This document shows, piece by piece, positions 27,215 to 41,069 of a DNA stretch of 64,000 bases. Location of the stretch: the NCBI RefSeq assembly GCF_009914755.1, contig NC_060940.1, one strand, 5' to 3'. Position numbers and translations under genes: made by a program. The notes under the pieces were generated by a model that was given only the letters and a program-made list of their open reading frames with translations, made no database searches and was not told the origin of the DNA. The DNA comes from the human T2T-CHM13v2.0 reference genome, Homo sapiens. The number at the start of each line of letters is the position of its first letter. The stretch's first letter is position 1.

Positions 27215-27860
27215 GACCTTGGTGTTCTTGCCAGAGAATCCTGTCCTCCTCCCTTGATCACTGTGCTCTGCCCACACTGGCCTCCTCTCTGATTCTAACA
27301 GGTCAAGTTCCTGCCTGGGGGCCTTTGCACGTGCTGTTTCTTCTGCCTGGAATGATTTCCCTAGAGAACTTGACATGTTTCTAATAAGTATTTAAATGGC
27401 TCTTCTTCTGAGTGTCTTCACTTACTCCAGAATAGGCTAGGCCCCTGTGCTTCATACCCTCCCAATACCCTGTACCTGATGCCTAAAAGCCCTCGTCACA
27501 ACTGAAATTAGTAGGTTAGGTAATTAGCCCATGTCTATCTCCCCCACTAAATTATCGACTCTGTGACAGCAGAAATGATTTTGTATTTATCAAGACCAAT
27601 GATATATTTTGCAGGGCACAGTGCAAAATGAAAATTTGGGGCCTTTTATTTGAAATTATTAAAAAATTCAAGATGGTGACAGTAGAACAGTAAACCAAGC
27701 ACAAGGCTCTCCTAAGCTTGTGGTCTTAGGCAATTGCACAGGTCAACCGCCCATGAAGCTAGCTCTGATCTTTATTATTCACCACTGTATTCACAGCTCC
27801 TAGCCCAGGGTTTGGTGCATAATAGGTGCCCAGTAAGTATTTATTCATAAGTAGAGTATA
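27215..27860 (+). mobile_element. L2 3' part interrupted by MER45A
   Basis: 'gggcctttgcacgtgctgtttcttctgcctggaatg' ... 'taataggtgcccagtaagtatttattcataagt'. Confidence 0.8.
27591..27767 (-). mobile_element. MER45A (hAT-Tip100)
   Basis: 'cagtgcaaaatgaaaa...aaattcaagatggtgacag...gcacaggtc...gcccatgaagctagctctg' matches the reverse of the recalled MER45A consensus. Confidence 0.85.
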
Positions 27861-28836
27861 TGAATTATCTGACATTCTCCTCCTTCTTTGTTCCATCCAT
27901 CTCCTATGGTTTCAAGCCAGGAAACATGATCCCTGCTATGGTCACTCCATTGCAACCAGCTTTGCACGTTTTTCTTTAAAAGTCAGAAATTTCTCTAGCA
28001 GCTTCATCCTCAATCCCTAAGATTGAGATTTCTCAGAAGTCGCAGCTGAGAAATGTATTTTTGTGTTTCCTTAAAGGAGACTCCAGTGCATCCTTCAGTG
28101 AACTGTTCTTGAAGGGGAGGGAAAAATCAATGCTTTCAGATAGCATTACCTTGCCCTGAATAATCCTGAAGCTGCCCATGACTTACTGTAGAGGATATAA
28201 TTGAAGTGAGGATAAACTGCACACCATTTCAAAGTCTACTAAATTGAAACCGTTCTTTTTGTTGACACATGCTTGGGAAGCTGTAGATAATGTGATTTAA
28301 AATAAATACACTAGCCCAGTATACTTATATAATTGAAATAAATATGGAATAACCCATAGAGTCCGTGGGCAGTTGGGCAAATTAACCCCTTGTGTACCAG
28401 GTAACAGGACCCCTGCCTAAAAAGGAGGACCTGGCAGCAAGTAGATTTTAGAAAGCAGAAGAGGTCACACATCCTCAAATGAGATGGACTCTTTCAAATA
28501 TTTAGTTTTTAGAGACTTGGCATGAGTTTGTTTAGGAAAATGTTGCCAAATGATGAATTCTCTTTTGACTCTCCCACCATGCAATTCTGCTTAGTCAATA
28601 TTAAGGGCTCCTGATGCCAGGGACAATAGCTACAGAGGAATTTTTTAAAGAGAGAGACAGAGGGAAAAGGGGGAATGCAAAGAATCCATTCTCCTCCTTC
28701 TTCTGATGGTCTCCAGAGAACAGAGAGAAAAACACCAAAAGCTGCATTAAAATAGTTTCATCAGAGTCCTTTGGGGGATATTCCAATGTGTACCTTCTCA
28801 GTCTGGATGTACCCCCAAGAGCCAATGGGGTGTGCA

Positions 28837-29303
28837 TCTATCAGTTCGGTTGCATCAGAGAAGAAGAACCACCATGAGTGATAGGACAGGTTGCTAAAGG
28901 ATTTCGGTCATCAGAGAACATGGTTGCCAGTTATTGGTCTGTGAAGGTCTTTTGCCCCTGTGTCTGCTCCTGAAGTCAGCAGACCTGGCCGTTGCAAAGG
29001 GAAGATGGCCATGAAGCGAAGGTGAATAAGAACAAGATGCAACCGGAAGAACATTCTAGAACCATGAGGAGGAACTGGAACTGGGGTCTGACTTTCACCG
29101 CCTCCAAACCTCCAGCGTTATTGATACAGGTGATCTGCAGGAGAACTGGTGCCCTTCACCCTGGGCCACACACAGGCCTGATCCAAGATTCTGAAAATCT
29201 GAGGAAGGACCTGGTGGGGACAGGAGGCATTGTGGCCCTACTGCTGGTCCACCCCAGCAATGGAAGCTAGCAGACAGAGACATCCAGTGTGAGCAGATGC
29301 TAC
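28837..29303 (-). mobile_element. old ERVL-class LTR (subfamily not assigned)
   Basis: Starts 'tatcagttcggttgcatcagagaagaagaaccac' and ends 'gctaca', resembling the reverse ends of ERVL LTRs. Confidence 0.5.
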
Positions 29304-29746
29304 AACTATAAAACAAAAGTATCCTAATAACCACTGCTCTTATTACATAGAAAGGATTATATGACAAAATGCTTTCCTTTTCTTTCCACCTGGGATGTTG
29401 GCTACAAATACGGTTGCAGACATTTTGATACAATCTAATCCAGGTATGGAGGACACATATATGAAAGAGGGCAGAGTATTTGCCAAAAAAAAAAAAATTG
29501 AATCTGCAAAGAAAGACAATATTTGTCCAGAGAAAGACAACATTAAAGATTTTTCGCTGGTCACAATTTTTAACTTGTAGGATACGTGACATGAAGTTGC
29601 ATTGATTTATGAAAGAGCTGGCCCCATCAAAATGGCCTGCCTCTGTTGGCTTACATTCTAGATATGTGTGTGGGTGTGGGGATAAAGAGTGTGGAAGAGG
29701 AGAGACCATAAATTCAAACAGAAAAGTAAAGAAAAATAAAATGGAG

Positions 29747-30117
29747 TGTATTAGTCTGTTCTCACGCTGCTGATAAAAGACATACACTAGACTGGGTAAT
29801 TTATAAAGAAAAAGAGGTTTAATGGACTCACAGTTCCACGTGGCTGGAGAGGCCTCACAATCATGGCAGAGGGCAAGGAGGAACAAGTCACATCTTACAT
29901 GGCAGAAGGGAAGACAGAAAAAGAACCAATGAAAGGGGTTTCCCCTTATAAAACCATCAGATTTCATGAGATTATTCACTACCATGAGAACAGTATGGGG
30001 GGGAAATCACTCCCATGATTCAGTTATCTCCCACCGGGGCCCTCCCACAACGCATGAGAATTATGGGAGCTACTATTCAAAATGAGATTTGGGTGGGAAT
30101 ACAGTCAAACCATATCA
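29747..30117 (-). mobile_element. THE1 (MaLR; THE1B-like) solo LTR in an L2
   Basis: tgtattagtc...aaaccatatca; perfect 5-bp TSD TGGAG (29742-46, 30118-22). Confidence 0.95.
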
Positions 30118-30452
30118 TGGAGTTAGGCTATAGAAAGTCAATGAGGGCTAAGGGGGCCCTGTCCACTGGGACCGCCACACAAAAAGGTAACTGTGGCCTG
30201 GATGAAGAAGAGCCTGCCATATGCCCTACAAGAAGAGTTCCCTGCAGAGGGAAGAGGAAACACAAAGGCTCCAAGTCAGGAAACTGCCTTGGCTCATTGC
30301 AAGTGTCACTGCATCTTCACAATTAAGGGGGACTATGGTGTAAAATGTGGCTGGAGAAGTAGGTGGGTGCCAGACGGCAAAGTACCTTACTGCCTGGTTT
30401 CATATGCCATAAGGAGTTATGGTTTTACTCCCATTGTTATGGGCTGACATAG

Positions 30453-30929
30453 TGTTACCCATAATACAGGTGGGTTTGGCCACTTGGCAGGTGACAGTCC
30501 AATGACCACAACCAAGAAGGTTTTAACAAGGGGATTTTATTACTTGGAACAAGTAAGCAGAATACTGGGGATGGTTCCCAAAGCAGGGTCTACCTGAACC
30601 CAGGTGAAAACAGGGCTTCTATTGGGCTGGTGAGTTGAGTCATCCAATGTAGAGGTGGGGTAAAGTTGGTGAGGGCATAGTCATCACTCATGCTCCTACA
30701 CATGTCACATGTAAGCTGCTCCCTGTGCAGGGATTTTAGTACAGCAATACAGAGAGGTTGCCAAGTTTATCTCCAACTCAGTCATCTCTGAATCCAAACC
30801 TTTTTTGTTTTGCTATGGCAGGGCTTCTTCCTGGAACTTTTTGAAACAACAAAAAATTCAAGGTGCAACAGTTACAAGTGGGTGCTTCTCCACAGTGTGT
30901 ACACAAAAGCCTGGGGAACCTGGGTGACA
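30453..30929 (-). mobile_element. ERV1-class solo LTR in the same L2 (L2 ~29630-31050)
   Basis: TG...CA ends with a perfect 4-bp TSD ATAG (30449-52, 30930-33); a 4-bp TSD is typical of ERV1. Confidence 0.75.
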
Positions 30930-31926
30930 ATAGGAAAACTTTTAAGTATTAATTCAAGCTAATTTAAATTTTTTAAAAGATCACCCCTAGAAACCGTGTA
31001 GAGAATGGGCACACAGCAGGGATTGGAGTGGGACAAGAAGATCAGTTACAGATGGGGAAACTGAAGACCAAGGTTATAAAAGGAACTTGTTCAAGGTCAG
31101 GCATCAAGAAACTGGTGCCACTGAATGAACCTGCTTCCCTCCTTTCCCATCCCTTCTTGCTCTAGCTGGAGAGAAAATACCAGCAGGAGCCCACACCCAT
31201 GGCAAATACTGAGCCCTCCTGGGTGCCATATAGCCTCTGGGCTGCCAATAAACATTCATGGTTGAATTTTAAAATGTTTTCCTAAATGTGCTAAAAAAAA
31301 AGAAGAAGAAGAAGACTCATTTTATTCACAGTCACTTTACAGCTGGTGGCTGCTAATTGTTGGGCATCAGAATGTGGAATCAGAGAGTCTGTCCATCTGT
31401 CCTGGGCTCTGTCAGCCTTCCTTATGTCTCCCATCCACAACCTGCCTCCTTAAACTCTCTACAGAGCCCGCCCCGTGTCTCTTGGCTCTCCGGCCAGGCC
31501 TCTCCGGGAGGGGAAGACGAATTCCTATTCATGAGGTTTCATTGGCTGAAGAAGTGGAAACAGCTGCATGAATTCAAAATTCAGAGCCTGAAGAAATGAA
31601 TCCCAATATGGGTTTGTCACTCAATGGCTATGTCAGCCCAACACTTCAAATCACTTTGGTACAGAGGTTGTTAGAAAAATAACAATAATTACATGAACAA
31701 AGAAGGAAATAGACACACAAACACTCATCCTCCCTGAGCCTCAACTTCACCCGAAAATGGGAATATGAAATATAACTGGGGGAAGATCAAGAAAGATATA
31801 CAGCAAGGTGTTCACAACTCCTACATCTGCATGATGAGGTTTTTATTTTTTTCCTTTTTTTTCACACAGTTTGGTTCTAGAGGAAAAGTGCATCATTTTT
31901 GCAATAAGAAATAAAACAATAAAAGC

Positions 31927-32241
<315 letters not shown>

Positions 32242-32695
32242 TGAAGAGAGTAAGGACTGTCTTGCCTGCCTCAAAGAGATGTAGTTTTTAAAAAAATGAC
32301 ATCTGTGAACAGGCTTTATAAACAGGAAAGCCCCAAAACATGTAAAGAATTATCATTGTCCTTGTCAAGGAGCATAATTTTCTTAGCTGCTATGCATAAA
32401 CTTCATCACACACATTCTTTTCCTTTTCCATCTCTCCTTCTTCTCCTTTTCCCTTCTTCCTCCACATTCTTCCTTCCTTTCTTTTTGCCAAGTACTTGGC
32501 CAAGGAAAACAGAGTATCCCACTGTCCTGCTCAGACCTGCCGAGATTCAGAACTGAAAGACTTCCGGGTATAGGAGTCTCCCAGTTAAAATCTTTCACAG
32601 TGGCTGCTGTCTCTGTCTCCTCCAGCTCTGCCTCCACTGCTTATCTCTGAGAATCCAGCGTCAGGACGCTTGTGAACCTAGAATCTGCCCTGGTT

Positions 32696-33011
<316 letters not shown>

Positions 33012-33074
33012 GCCCCAGTTTCTTAAAACCAAGAAAGGTCCATCCCAAATATGCTACTGCATGACACTTTCACT

Positions 33075-34740
33075 TGCTTCTTTCATTCATGGATTCATCT
33101 GGTACGTCTCGAGTGTCTCCTCTATTCCAAGCACTATGCCGGGTGCTACAGAAGCCATGACAAAAGGGTCTCCTGTCCTCATGGGTCTTGTTCTGGCAGG
33201 GGAGAACAATTTTAATCAGTTATATGGTTATTTAAGTTCACTTGGAGAAAAATAATACAAAAATTAAGTATGGGGTGCGAAAAGAGTGAGTGTGTTAGGG
33301 GATTCTGACCTAATCTGGGGATTTGAAGGCTTCCTCAAAAACAGTGACATTTAAGCAGGGAAATGAAGGATAATAGAAATTGACAGGTCAGGGGAAAGGG
33401 AGGGAAGAATGTTCCAGGAGGAGGAAACAGCCCATGATGCATTTTTAAAAATGAAACTTGTGTAACAAATGAGGGAAACAGCAAGCTGATTGAGAGGGCC
33501 AGGAGGCTAGACAGGTTGGCAGAGCCAAAACCTGCAGACCTTATAAGCCACGCAAGGGTCTTGGTCTTAATCCAACCACAGTAGGAAGCCATGGAAGGGT
33601 TGTAAGTAGGAAGATGACATGTTCAGGTTTTGGGTGTGTGGGGAGGTATGTGTGTTTCTAACAGTTCTGGCCTTTGTTATGAGGAATGGATCCGAAACCC
33701 GGCACATGGCAAACTGCCAATTATCCCCAAATCCTTCTTCTCTGTTACTTGGACACATGTTCACCCAGCTAGAACCTCCATTTCTCATCCTCCCTTGCAG
33801 CCAGGTGTGGAATGAAATAAAGTCTTGCCATAGCACGTGAGCATAAGCAGCGTGAACAACATCCACTCCATGTTTAAAAGGGGAGTGCTTGCCCCGGGGC
33901 TCCTCTGGCCTTTTCTGTGGCTGGAAGGTGGATGTAGCAGTGACCTGGAATCAACCAAGATGACAAGGACAACACCCTAGGAATTGGCAGAGCAACAAGG
34001 TAGAAGCCATCTGGGCCAAAGAAACCTCATGGCACAGACCTGCTCACCCATGCTGCACTATTGCATGAGAGAGAAATACATTTAGAGCTCGTTTCAACAA
34101 CTGTATTTTGGGGTCTCTGTTACAGCAGCTGAGTGCTTATTCTAACTTATATAGTGAATATCCTGTAAAATTATGTGGTTGTAAGCAACAGAAACCCACT
34201 CAGGTTAACTTAAGTGGAAAAACAAAGGAAAAGGAAAGCTATGGGCTAGAGCTCAGAATCAAAGAAAACCTTAAAGAACCTGACTTAAAGACAAAAATTG
34301 TAATAAATAATACCTTCTGACACTGCCAACAGGATGGATAACTCCAGTCATCCTCAGTCTTTATTATATTCTTCTCAAAATTCAAATGCCTAGATCAGAG
34401 AATCCAAACGCCTAACACAGGTCACACGCCCACTCCTGGTCTAGATGAATGTTGATGAGAGAATGGAGAGCACCATGTTTGATACTCACTCTGAGGTCAT
34501 CTAATGGAACTGGATGGATCCCCCAAGGAAAATCATGGTGCTCCAACCAAGAAAATAGGAATGGGTGTCTACCCTGAGAGAGCAAGAGTGGATATGAAGC
34601 AACCTGTTAGGAGGCTACTGCAGAAGCCCAGGCAAGCATGGATGCTGTTGTGAATGAGGATAGCCATTGTGATGATAGAAAGAAATAGACAAATGTAAAT
34701 CTATTTAAGAGACAGAATCAAAACGACCTAACTTATATTT
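33075..34740. mobile_element. L2 (minus) interrupted by two MLT1 (MaLR) LTR relics (~33640-34150 plus, ~34165-34560 minus)
   Basis: L2 3' end 'ttcattcat...gcactatgcc'; MLT1 motifs 'ttcccttgcagccaggtgtgg', 'ggtctctgttacagcagctga', 'ggttgtaagcaacagaaaccca'. Confidence 0.7.
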
Positions 34741-34891
34741 ACTGTGTACTGAGTATCTGTCTTATAACACAAGTAAATTTTGAACTATGAAATCCAAAAC
34801 CAAGATCACATTTAATTGCATTTCCAGTTCCAGTAATAACGGAGTAGCTTATATCAAATTAATCTTCTGGCATATAACACATATAAATTTT

Positions 34892-35010
34892 GGCTGGGCA
34901 CGGTGGCTCATGTCTAGAATCTCAGCACTTTGGGAGGCCAACAGAAGAAGATCACTTGAGGTCAGAAGTTTGAGACCAGCCTGGGCAACATAGCAAGACC
35001 CCATCTCTAC
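34892..35010 (+). mobile_element. Alu left arm only, no tail
   Basis: Ends at 'accccatctctac' and joins directly to ERV internal sequence. Confidence 0.9.
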
Positions 35011-35849
35011 TGAGTGAGAGGGTATTGCTCTGGTGGAAGTTTGAAATAGAGTCTAAAAAGTTCCCATGTCCAAATCTGCCCAGATGACACTTGGACCATT
35101 TTCAGAAAAGCATTTGTAGGATTTAGTCCTTTCTATATTAGATCCTGCTTCTTCCATGTGGACCTCTCCATTGACTGAATCTCTTTCTTGTCATGATCTT
35201 TGGTGTGCCCCAAAACTCTTTCTTGGGGGAAAAAAACAACAACAACTGATTCGCCTGTCATTCAATCTTGAAAAATAAACAAGGATGAATCAGTTTCTGA
35301 CAATAAGGCAAGATTAGAAGTATCCATCCTGAGTGCAGTCATACAAAATGCTAGTATTTTTGTACCTGGCACATGGCTAAAATTTTAAAATGAAAATAAG
35401 ATGTATTTCTATCTATATGTTTATGTATGTCTGCATGTATGACATATATGTGTGACATTTTTCTATCTTCTTATGATATTGCCAAAATTAAATGGTAATG
35501 AGCTTTATTTAATTAGTTTAAGGAAAAATAAGTGCTTATATAAATGAAGTGTTTTCTCAGAAAAATAAGAACTAATCCAAATGATTTTCAAGCATGTGAC
35601 TTGGGTAATCTTTGGCAAGTAAAAATATTGTTGGTCTGATTAAAACAGATGCAGAACTTTTTCTACCTAGGTTTATTGGTAAAATAAGCTCATGTTATCT
35701 CTATATTTTAAAATTTGTCATAAAAAATAACAATGGCTAGTTGCTTATGTCTTATCTTCATGAGCAATCCAAGCATAATTGTTAAAAACCAAGTGAGTTA
35801 AACAGATATAAGTAAGATAAAATTACCATAGGAAACATGTATCCCCCTA

Positions 35850-37549
35850 GTCTCTTCAATAAATGGTGGTGGGAAACCTGGATATCCACATGCAGAAGAA
35901 TAAAACTAGACCCCTATCTCTCATCACATAGAAAAATCAAATCAAAATGGATTTGAGACTTAAATCTAAGACCTCAAACTATGAAACTACTACAAGAAAA
36001 TACTAGAGAAACTCTCCAGAACATTGGACTTGGCAAAGATTTCTTGAGTAATAATATGCTACAAGTTCAGACAACCAAATCAAACATGGACAAATGGGAT
36101 CACATCAAGTTAAAAAGCTTCTGCACAGCAAAGGAAACAATCAACAAAGTGAAGAGACAACCCACAGAAGGGGAGAAAATATTTGCAAACTACCCATCTG
36201 ACAAGGGATTAATAACCAGAAAAGGAGCTCAAGCAACTTTATAGAAAAAAATCCTAATAATCCAATCAAAAATGGGCAAAAGATCTCAATAGACATTTCT
36301 CAAAAGAAGACATGCAAATTGCAGAAAGGTATATAAAAAGGTGTTCAACATCATTGATCATCAGAGAAATGCAAATCGAAACTACAATGAGATATCACGT
36401 TACTGCAGTTAAAATGCCTTTTATTCAAAAGACAGGCAATAACAAATGCCGATGAGGATGTGGAGAAAAGGAAACCCTCATACACTGTTGGTTGGAATGT
36501 AAATTAGCACAACCACTATGGAGAACAGTTTGGAGGTTTCTCAAAAAAACTCAGATTAGGCCACACACAGTGGCTCATGCCTGTAATCCCAGCACTTTGG
36601 GGGACCGAGGCCAGCAGATGGCTTGAGCTCAGAAGTTTGAGACCAGCCTAGGGAACATGGCAAAACCCTGTCTCTATAAAAACTAGCCAGGCATAGTGGT
36701 GCATGTCTGTAGTCCCAGCTACTCAGGAGACTGGAGTGGGAGGATTCTTTGAGCCCAGGAGGTCAAGGCTGCAGTGAGCTGAGATCACACCACTATACTC
36801 CAGCTTTGGCAAGAGTGAGACTATACCACAAAAAAAAAAAAAAAAAAAAAGAATTACCATATGATCCAGCAATCTCTTTACTGGGTATATACCCCCAAAA
36901 AAAGGAAATCCATGCATCAAAGAGATAACTGCATTCCCATGTTTATTGCAGCACTATTTACAATAGCCAAAATTTGGAAGCAACCTAAGTGTCCATCAAC
37001 AGACAAATAGGTGAAGAAAATGTGGCACATATACACAATAAAGAACTATTCAGGCATAAAGATAGAATGAGATCTTGTCATTTGCATCAACATAGATGAG
37101 GTAGAACTAGAGGTCATTAAGTGAAATAAGCCAGGGAGAGGAAGACAAACTTCACATGTTCTCGCTTATTTGTAGAAGCTAAAAATTTAAAAAAATTGAA
37201 CTCATGAAAATAGAGAATAGAATGCTGGTTACCAGAGGCCGGGGAGGGTATTGGCTTGGGGGTTGGGGAGATGGTTAGTGGATACAAAAATATAGTTAGA
37301 TAGAATGAATGAGATCTAGCATTTGACAGCACAACAGGGTGACTACCGTCAACAATAATTTACTGTACATTTTAAAATAACTAAAAGAGTGCACTTGGAT
37401 TGTTTGTAACACAAAGGATAAATGCTTGATGGGATGGATACCCCATTTACCTTGACGTGATTATTACACATTGTATGCCTGTATCAAAATATCTCATGTG
37501 ACCCATAAATATATATACCTGCTATGTACCCCCCAAAAATAAGAATAAA
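35850..37549 (+). mobile_element. 5'-truncated L1MA nested in the ERV
   Basis: ORF2 peptide '[25 protein letters not shown]'; L1MA 3'UTR; degenerate TSD aaacatgtatcccc / aaagatgtcttcccc. Confidence 0.92.
36559..36850 (+). mobile_element. AluJ nested in the L1MA
   Basis: Full Alu with an A21 tail. Confidence 0.95.
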
Positions 37550-40406
37550 GATGTCTTCCCCACATCAGGTTTCTTAAGGAAAAAAACAATTACAGAATAA
37601 TTATTAAATAAGGACAAAAGTAGCCAGGAAAGCATAATAAACCTATCAGAAGATTTTTCACATTTTTATTATCAGAAATGAAAATTTGAGGCTGGGGGAA
37701 ATATTTAGAAATAATAATTTAATTCTCTGGCCTAGAAAAAAAAAACACCTGATGATAGAGATAAAATTTTTGCTCTTTTACAGTTTCTTATGAAAAAGAA
37801 ACCAAATACACTTGAGATTGTTAGTAAACACACAGTGTGCCACAGTGACAAATTATACTATGGGAAAGCACATTCCTCTAGAAATTATGATTCATAGATT
37901 TGCCAATCTACAGATTTCTAGTGTGATAGAAAATTCACAATTGCTTGTTTCCTAGTGTTCACTGGAAATTAAGGTCATGAAGGGTTATCAATTCTAATTA
38001 ATATATGTAACTAAAATAACTGGAAAGAATAAGGGGAACGATTCTGGGTGCAAGAGTGCTTCTGGTAAAGAAAAGCTATAAGGTATGAGGATTTTTTTTT
38101 TTAAGAGAAAAGATAATAATTTTTTTCCTAAAGTAGAATAACTGGAAGGTCCAAAATGAAAAGAGGAAAAATATAGGACACAAATAGCTGAATGAATAAG
38201 GCCGTAGAGGATTTGTGGAAGATGAATTTAATGAGAGGAAAATTATGTGTGATCAAGGTAGCTAAGATAAGTGAAGAATTATTATAAGTTTTTCTAAAAA
38301 TTGAGGATTAATATTAAAGGTACACCGATGCAAAACTAGAATTCGGTTCCTTGTGTTAAGACAACAAGACTTTCTTAGAGTATTGTTGCTCTTAATAGGA
38401 AATGATGAAAGGTTTTTCTTTACCTTTTAGGTAATTAGCCTAGGAAACAAAGGTTCTGTATTTTATCAAGACAATCTTCTCTGTTTTATTTTATCTTTAT
38501 TAGGTTTTTATCATTTAAGAAAACTGAGTTCTCTCTATTAAAAAGAGTTAAGGTTTTTCTACAACTGTAAGTTTCTGTATTTAAAGTCCTTTAATTAACA
38601 CTCTGTTTAAATGAATGATTATTATTTCTCGGTGACCTGCAATCCTATTTTGATCAAGTATTTTAAACTCTTGGTATTTTTGACAAACTTCTCAAAATCA
38701 AATTCTAAATTGTCTTTTCTTGACCTCAAATTAGTTTTGAGAGTTTCCGGTTGGGCCTTTAGAACACATTAAAAGGATCATCTCTCCTTACAGAAAGAGA
38801 GATGTGAAACCAAATGGGCTTATTTGATGTATTAACTTAAATTATCAAATAATAAGTAATGCTAAACCTTTTTGAGTTATATTTGTATAAATGTCTTATT
38901 AATGTATGTTCCAGAAATTGTATGAAATTTATATAAATCTAATAGTCTTGTTATAATGCTATTAGTCATAATTCTACTTATTATCTTAAAATGTTGTATG
39001 CTACAGAAATAACCAAATCTCCTTATAAATTGCATCATTATTATAATGAATTCTCATCAGATCTTCAGCCATGGCTATTTTAAATCTTCATCCACAAAGA
39101 GTTCATTGTTTTACTCTGGTACTTTCCTAAAAGCTATTGCAAGCAACTATAAACCTGAAGTATTTTCATCTTCAAGGAGATTCATGGAAAGGATTCTGAC
39201 AAGTACAGGTTTCTGGTAACTTTAAAATGATACCATTAAACTGGGTGAGAATTCAGAACTCTAATGAATAAACTGATTGGCTTCATAAACTGTTAACTCA
39301 ACACCACGCAGAACAAGAATTAACTGAGTACCAAGGAAATGATTTGGCAGAGTTTCATGCTAAATTAGTCAGTACTGAAATTATTAAAATATTCAATGTG
39401 AGTGAGCCCCATAAGATTGATCCAAGTCACATTACCTATGGTTACCTATTTAGTAAACAGTGTTATGCACTTGAATTAGAGAAACAAAACTGCTATTTAA
39501 GAGGATGTAAATCCAATATTAAGCATCGACTCATGAAGAACCTGGACGACTGCCTTGTCCTTTCTGAGTCCTTAAATCTTCCATTACTAAAAGCTCTGGA
39601 TTCTTTGGTTCTTCATGGAATAGATAAAAAGATACAACTTGTGGGAAAAATGGTGGAGTAACTATTCTAAAATTGCTAAGTGGTTTATAATCAACATTCA
39701 GTTTGTCAAACTCACAATTCTGATAAGACAATAAATACCTCAGGTGATTCATTTCTGGCACCTGCTGGATTATTTGAACACTTTCAGGTGTATTTCATTC
39801 AATCACCACCTTCAATGCTTGTTTCTTGGTGATATAGAAGCTTTCCCATGCAGGAAGTCCAGTGCTATAATAGTAGCTAAAAGGTTATTGGAAAATGTGT
39901 TTTTCTTAAGGCATTCCTGGAAAACTCTCCAGTGATAGAGGCACTTGTTGCACTCAGTAAGTTATAAAACATTTAAATAAGGTATTACAAACCAAATGGC
40001 ATGAAACAAAGCTAATTAAATTGACTGGATTGCCTTGGCCAAAAAGTATTATTGTTGACCTTGATGATAATTAGATCTACCCCCAGTGGAAAACACAGAT
40101 TGACCCTTTATAAAATAGTTACTAGAAGCCCAATGCCCCTAATAATAAAACCTCATGTACAAATTCTGACATGCTTTTATAAACTCTGACATGACTCAAT
40201 ATTGCAAGGCCTTAACACATTATGCCAAAGTATGTTTTCACCAGGTAAAAAAGCCCTTTATGACCCACCAAGTGATAACAACCAGACTTTTTACAATCTA
40301 GAACCCAGAGATCAGGTCTTTTAGAAAAGATGCTAATGGAAGACTGCCCTTGAACTCCATTGGAAGGTACCATACCAAGTCCTCCCGTACAGCAAAACTT
40401 CAGAGT

Positions 40407-40521
40407 TGGTCAGAAATGGTGGCATATGCCTGTAATCCCAGCTACTGGAGGTGGGAGCGCTGAGCCCAGGAGTCTGAAGCTGGCCTGGGCAACACAGAAA
40501 GACCCTGTCTCTTGAAAAAAA
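40407..40521 (+). mobile_element. FLAM/FAM Alu monomer in the integrase relic
   Basis: ~115-bp monomer; TSD caaaacttcag on both sides. Confidence 0.85.
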
Positions 40522-40575
40522 TCAAAAACTTCAGGACCTCATGTCTTGGATCAACATCTTTCAACTCAAGAGGGT

Positions 40576-40947
40576 TGTCTTAGTTTGTTCTCTGTTGAAG
40601 AACTGAATACCTGAGACTTGGTAATTTATAGAGAAAAGAAATGTATTTATTACAGCTCTGGAGAAGCTGTGAAGTCCAAGGGCATGGTGCTGGCATCTTG
40701 TGAAGGCCTTCTTGCTGCATCAAAACATGGTAGAGGACATCACACCCTGAGAGGGAAAGATTATGTCAACTCAGGTCTGTCTTCCTCTTCTTATAAAACC
40801 ACAAGTCCCATAATGGGGGCCCCACCCTGATAACCTTATCTAATTCTAACTGCCTCCTGAAGGTCTCACTCCAAATACCATCAACATATGAATTTGGGGA
40901 TTCTGTTTCCAAATGTAAAATTTGAAGGACACATTCAAACCAGAGCA
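40576..40947 (-). mobile_element. MST (MaLR; MSTC/D-like) solo LTR
   Basis: tgtcttag...aaaccagagca; TSD agggt / agggc. Confidence 0.88.
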
Positions 40948-41069
40948 AGGGCTACTCCAGACTCTTGGGACTGTACATCCTTTAATATTTTCAAGGCAAA
41001 GCTGACCAGGAAATATTTTTCCCCAGAAGCAGATAGCATCCTGGACACAGAAAGCTTTCCCTAGGTCAT

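Larger units (their letters stand above)
39640..41040 (+). pseudogene. ERV integrase relic
   Basis: Peptides 'IEAFPCRKSSAIIVAKRLLENVF', 'IPGKLSSDRG', 'TPSGKHRLTLYKIVT' and 'HWKVPYQVL'; frameshifted and interrupted. Confidence 0.75.

Noticed and set aside
29095-29985. 296-aa minus-strand ORF
   Set aside because: It starts inside a THE1 LTR and runs through L2 and another LTR; the composition is F/C/L-rich with no domain, so it is a chance ORF.
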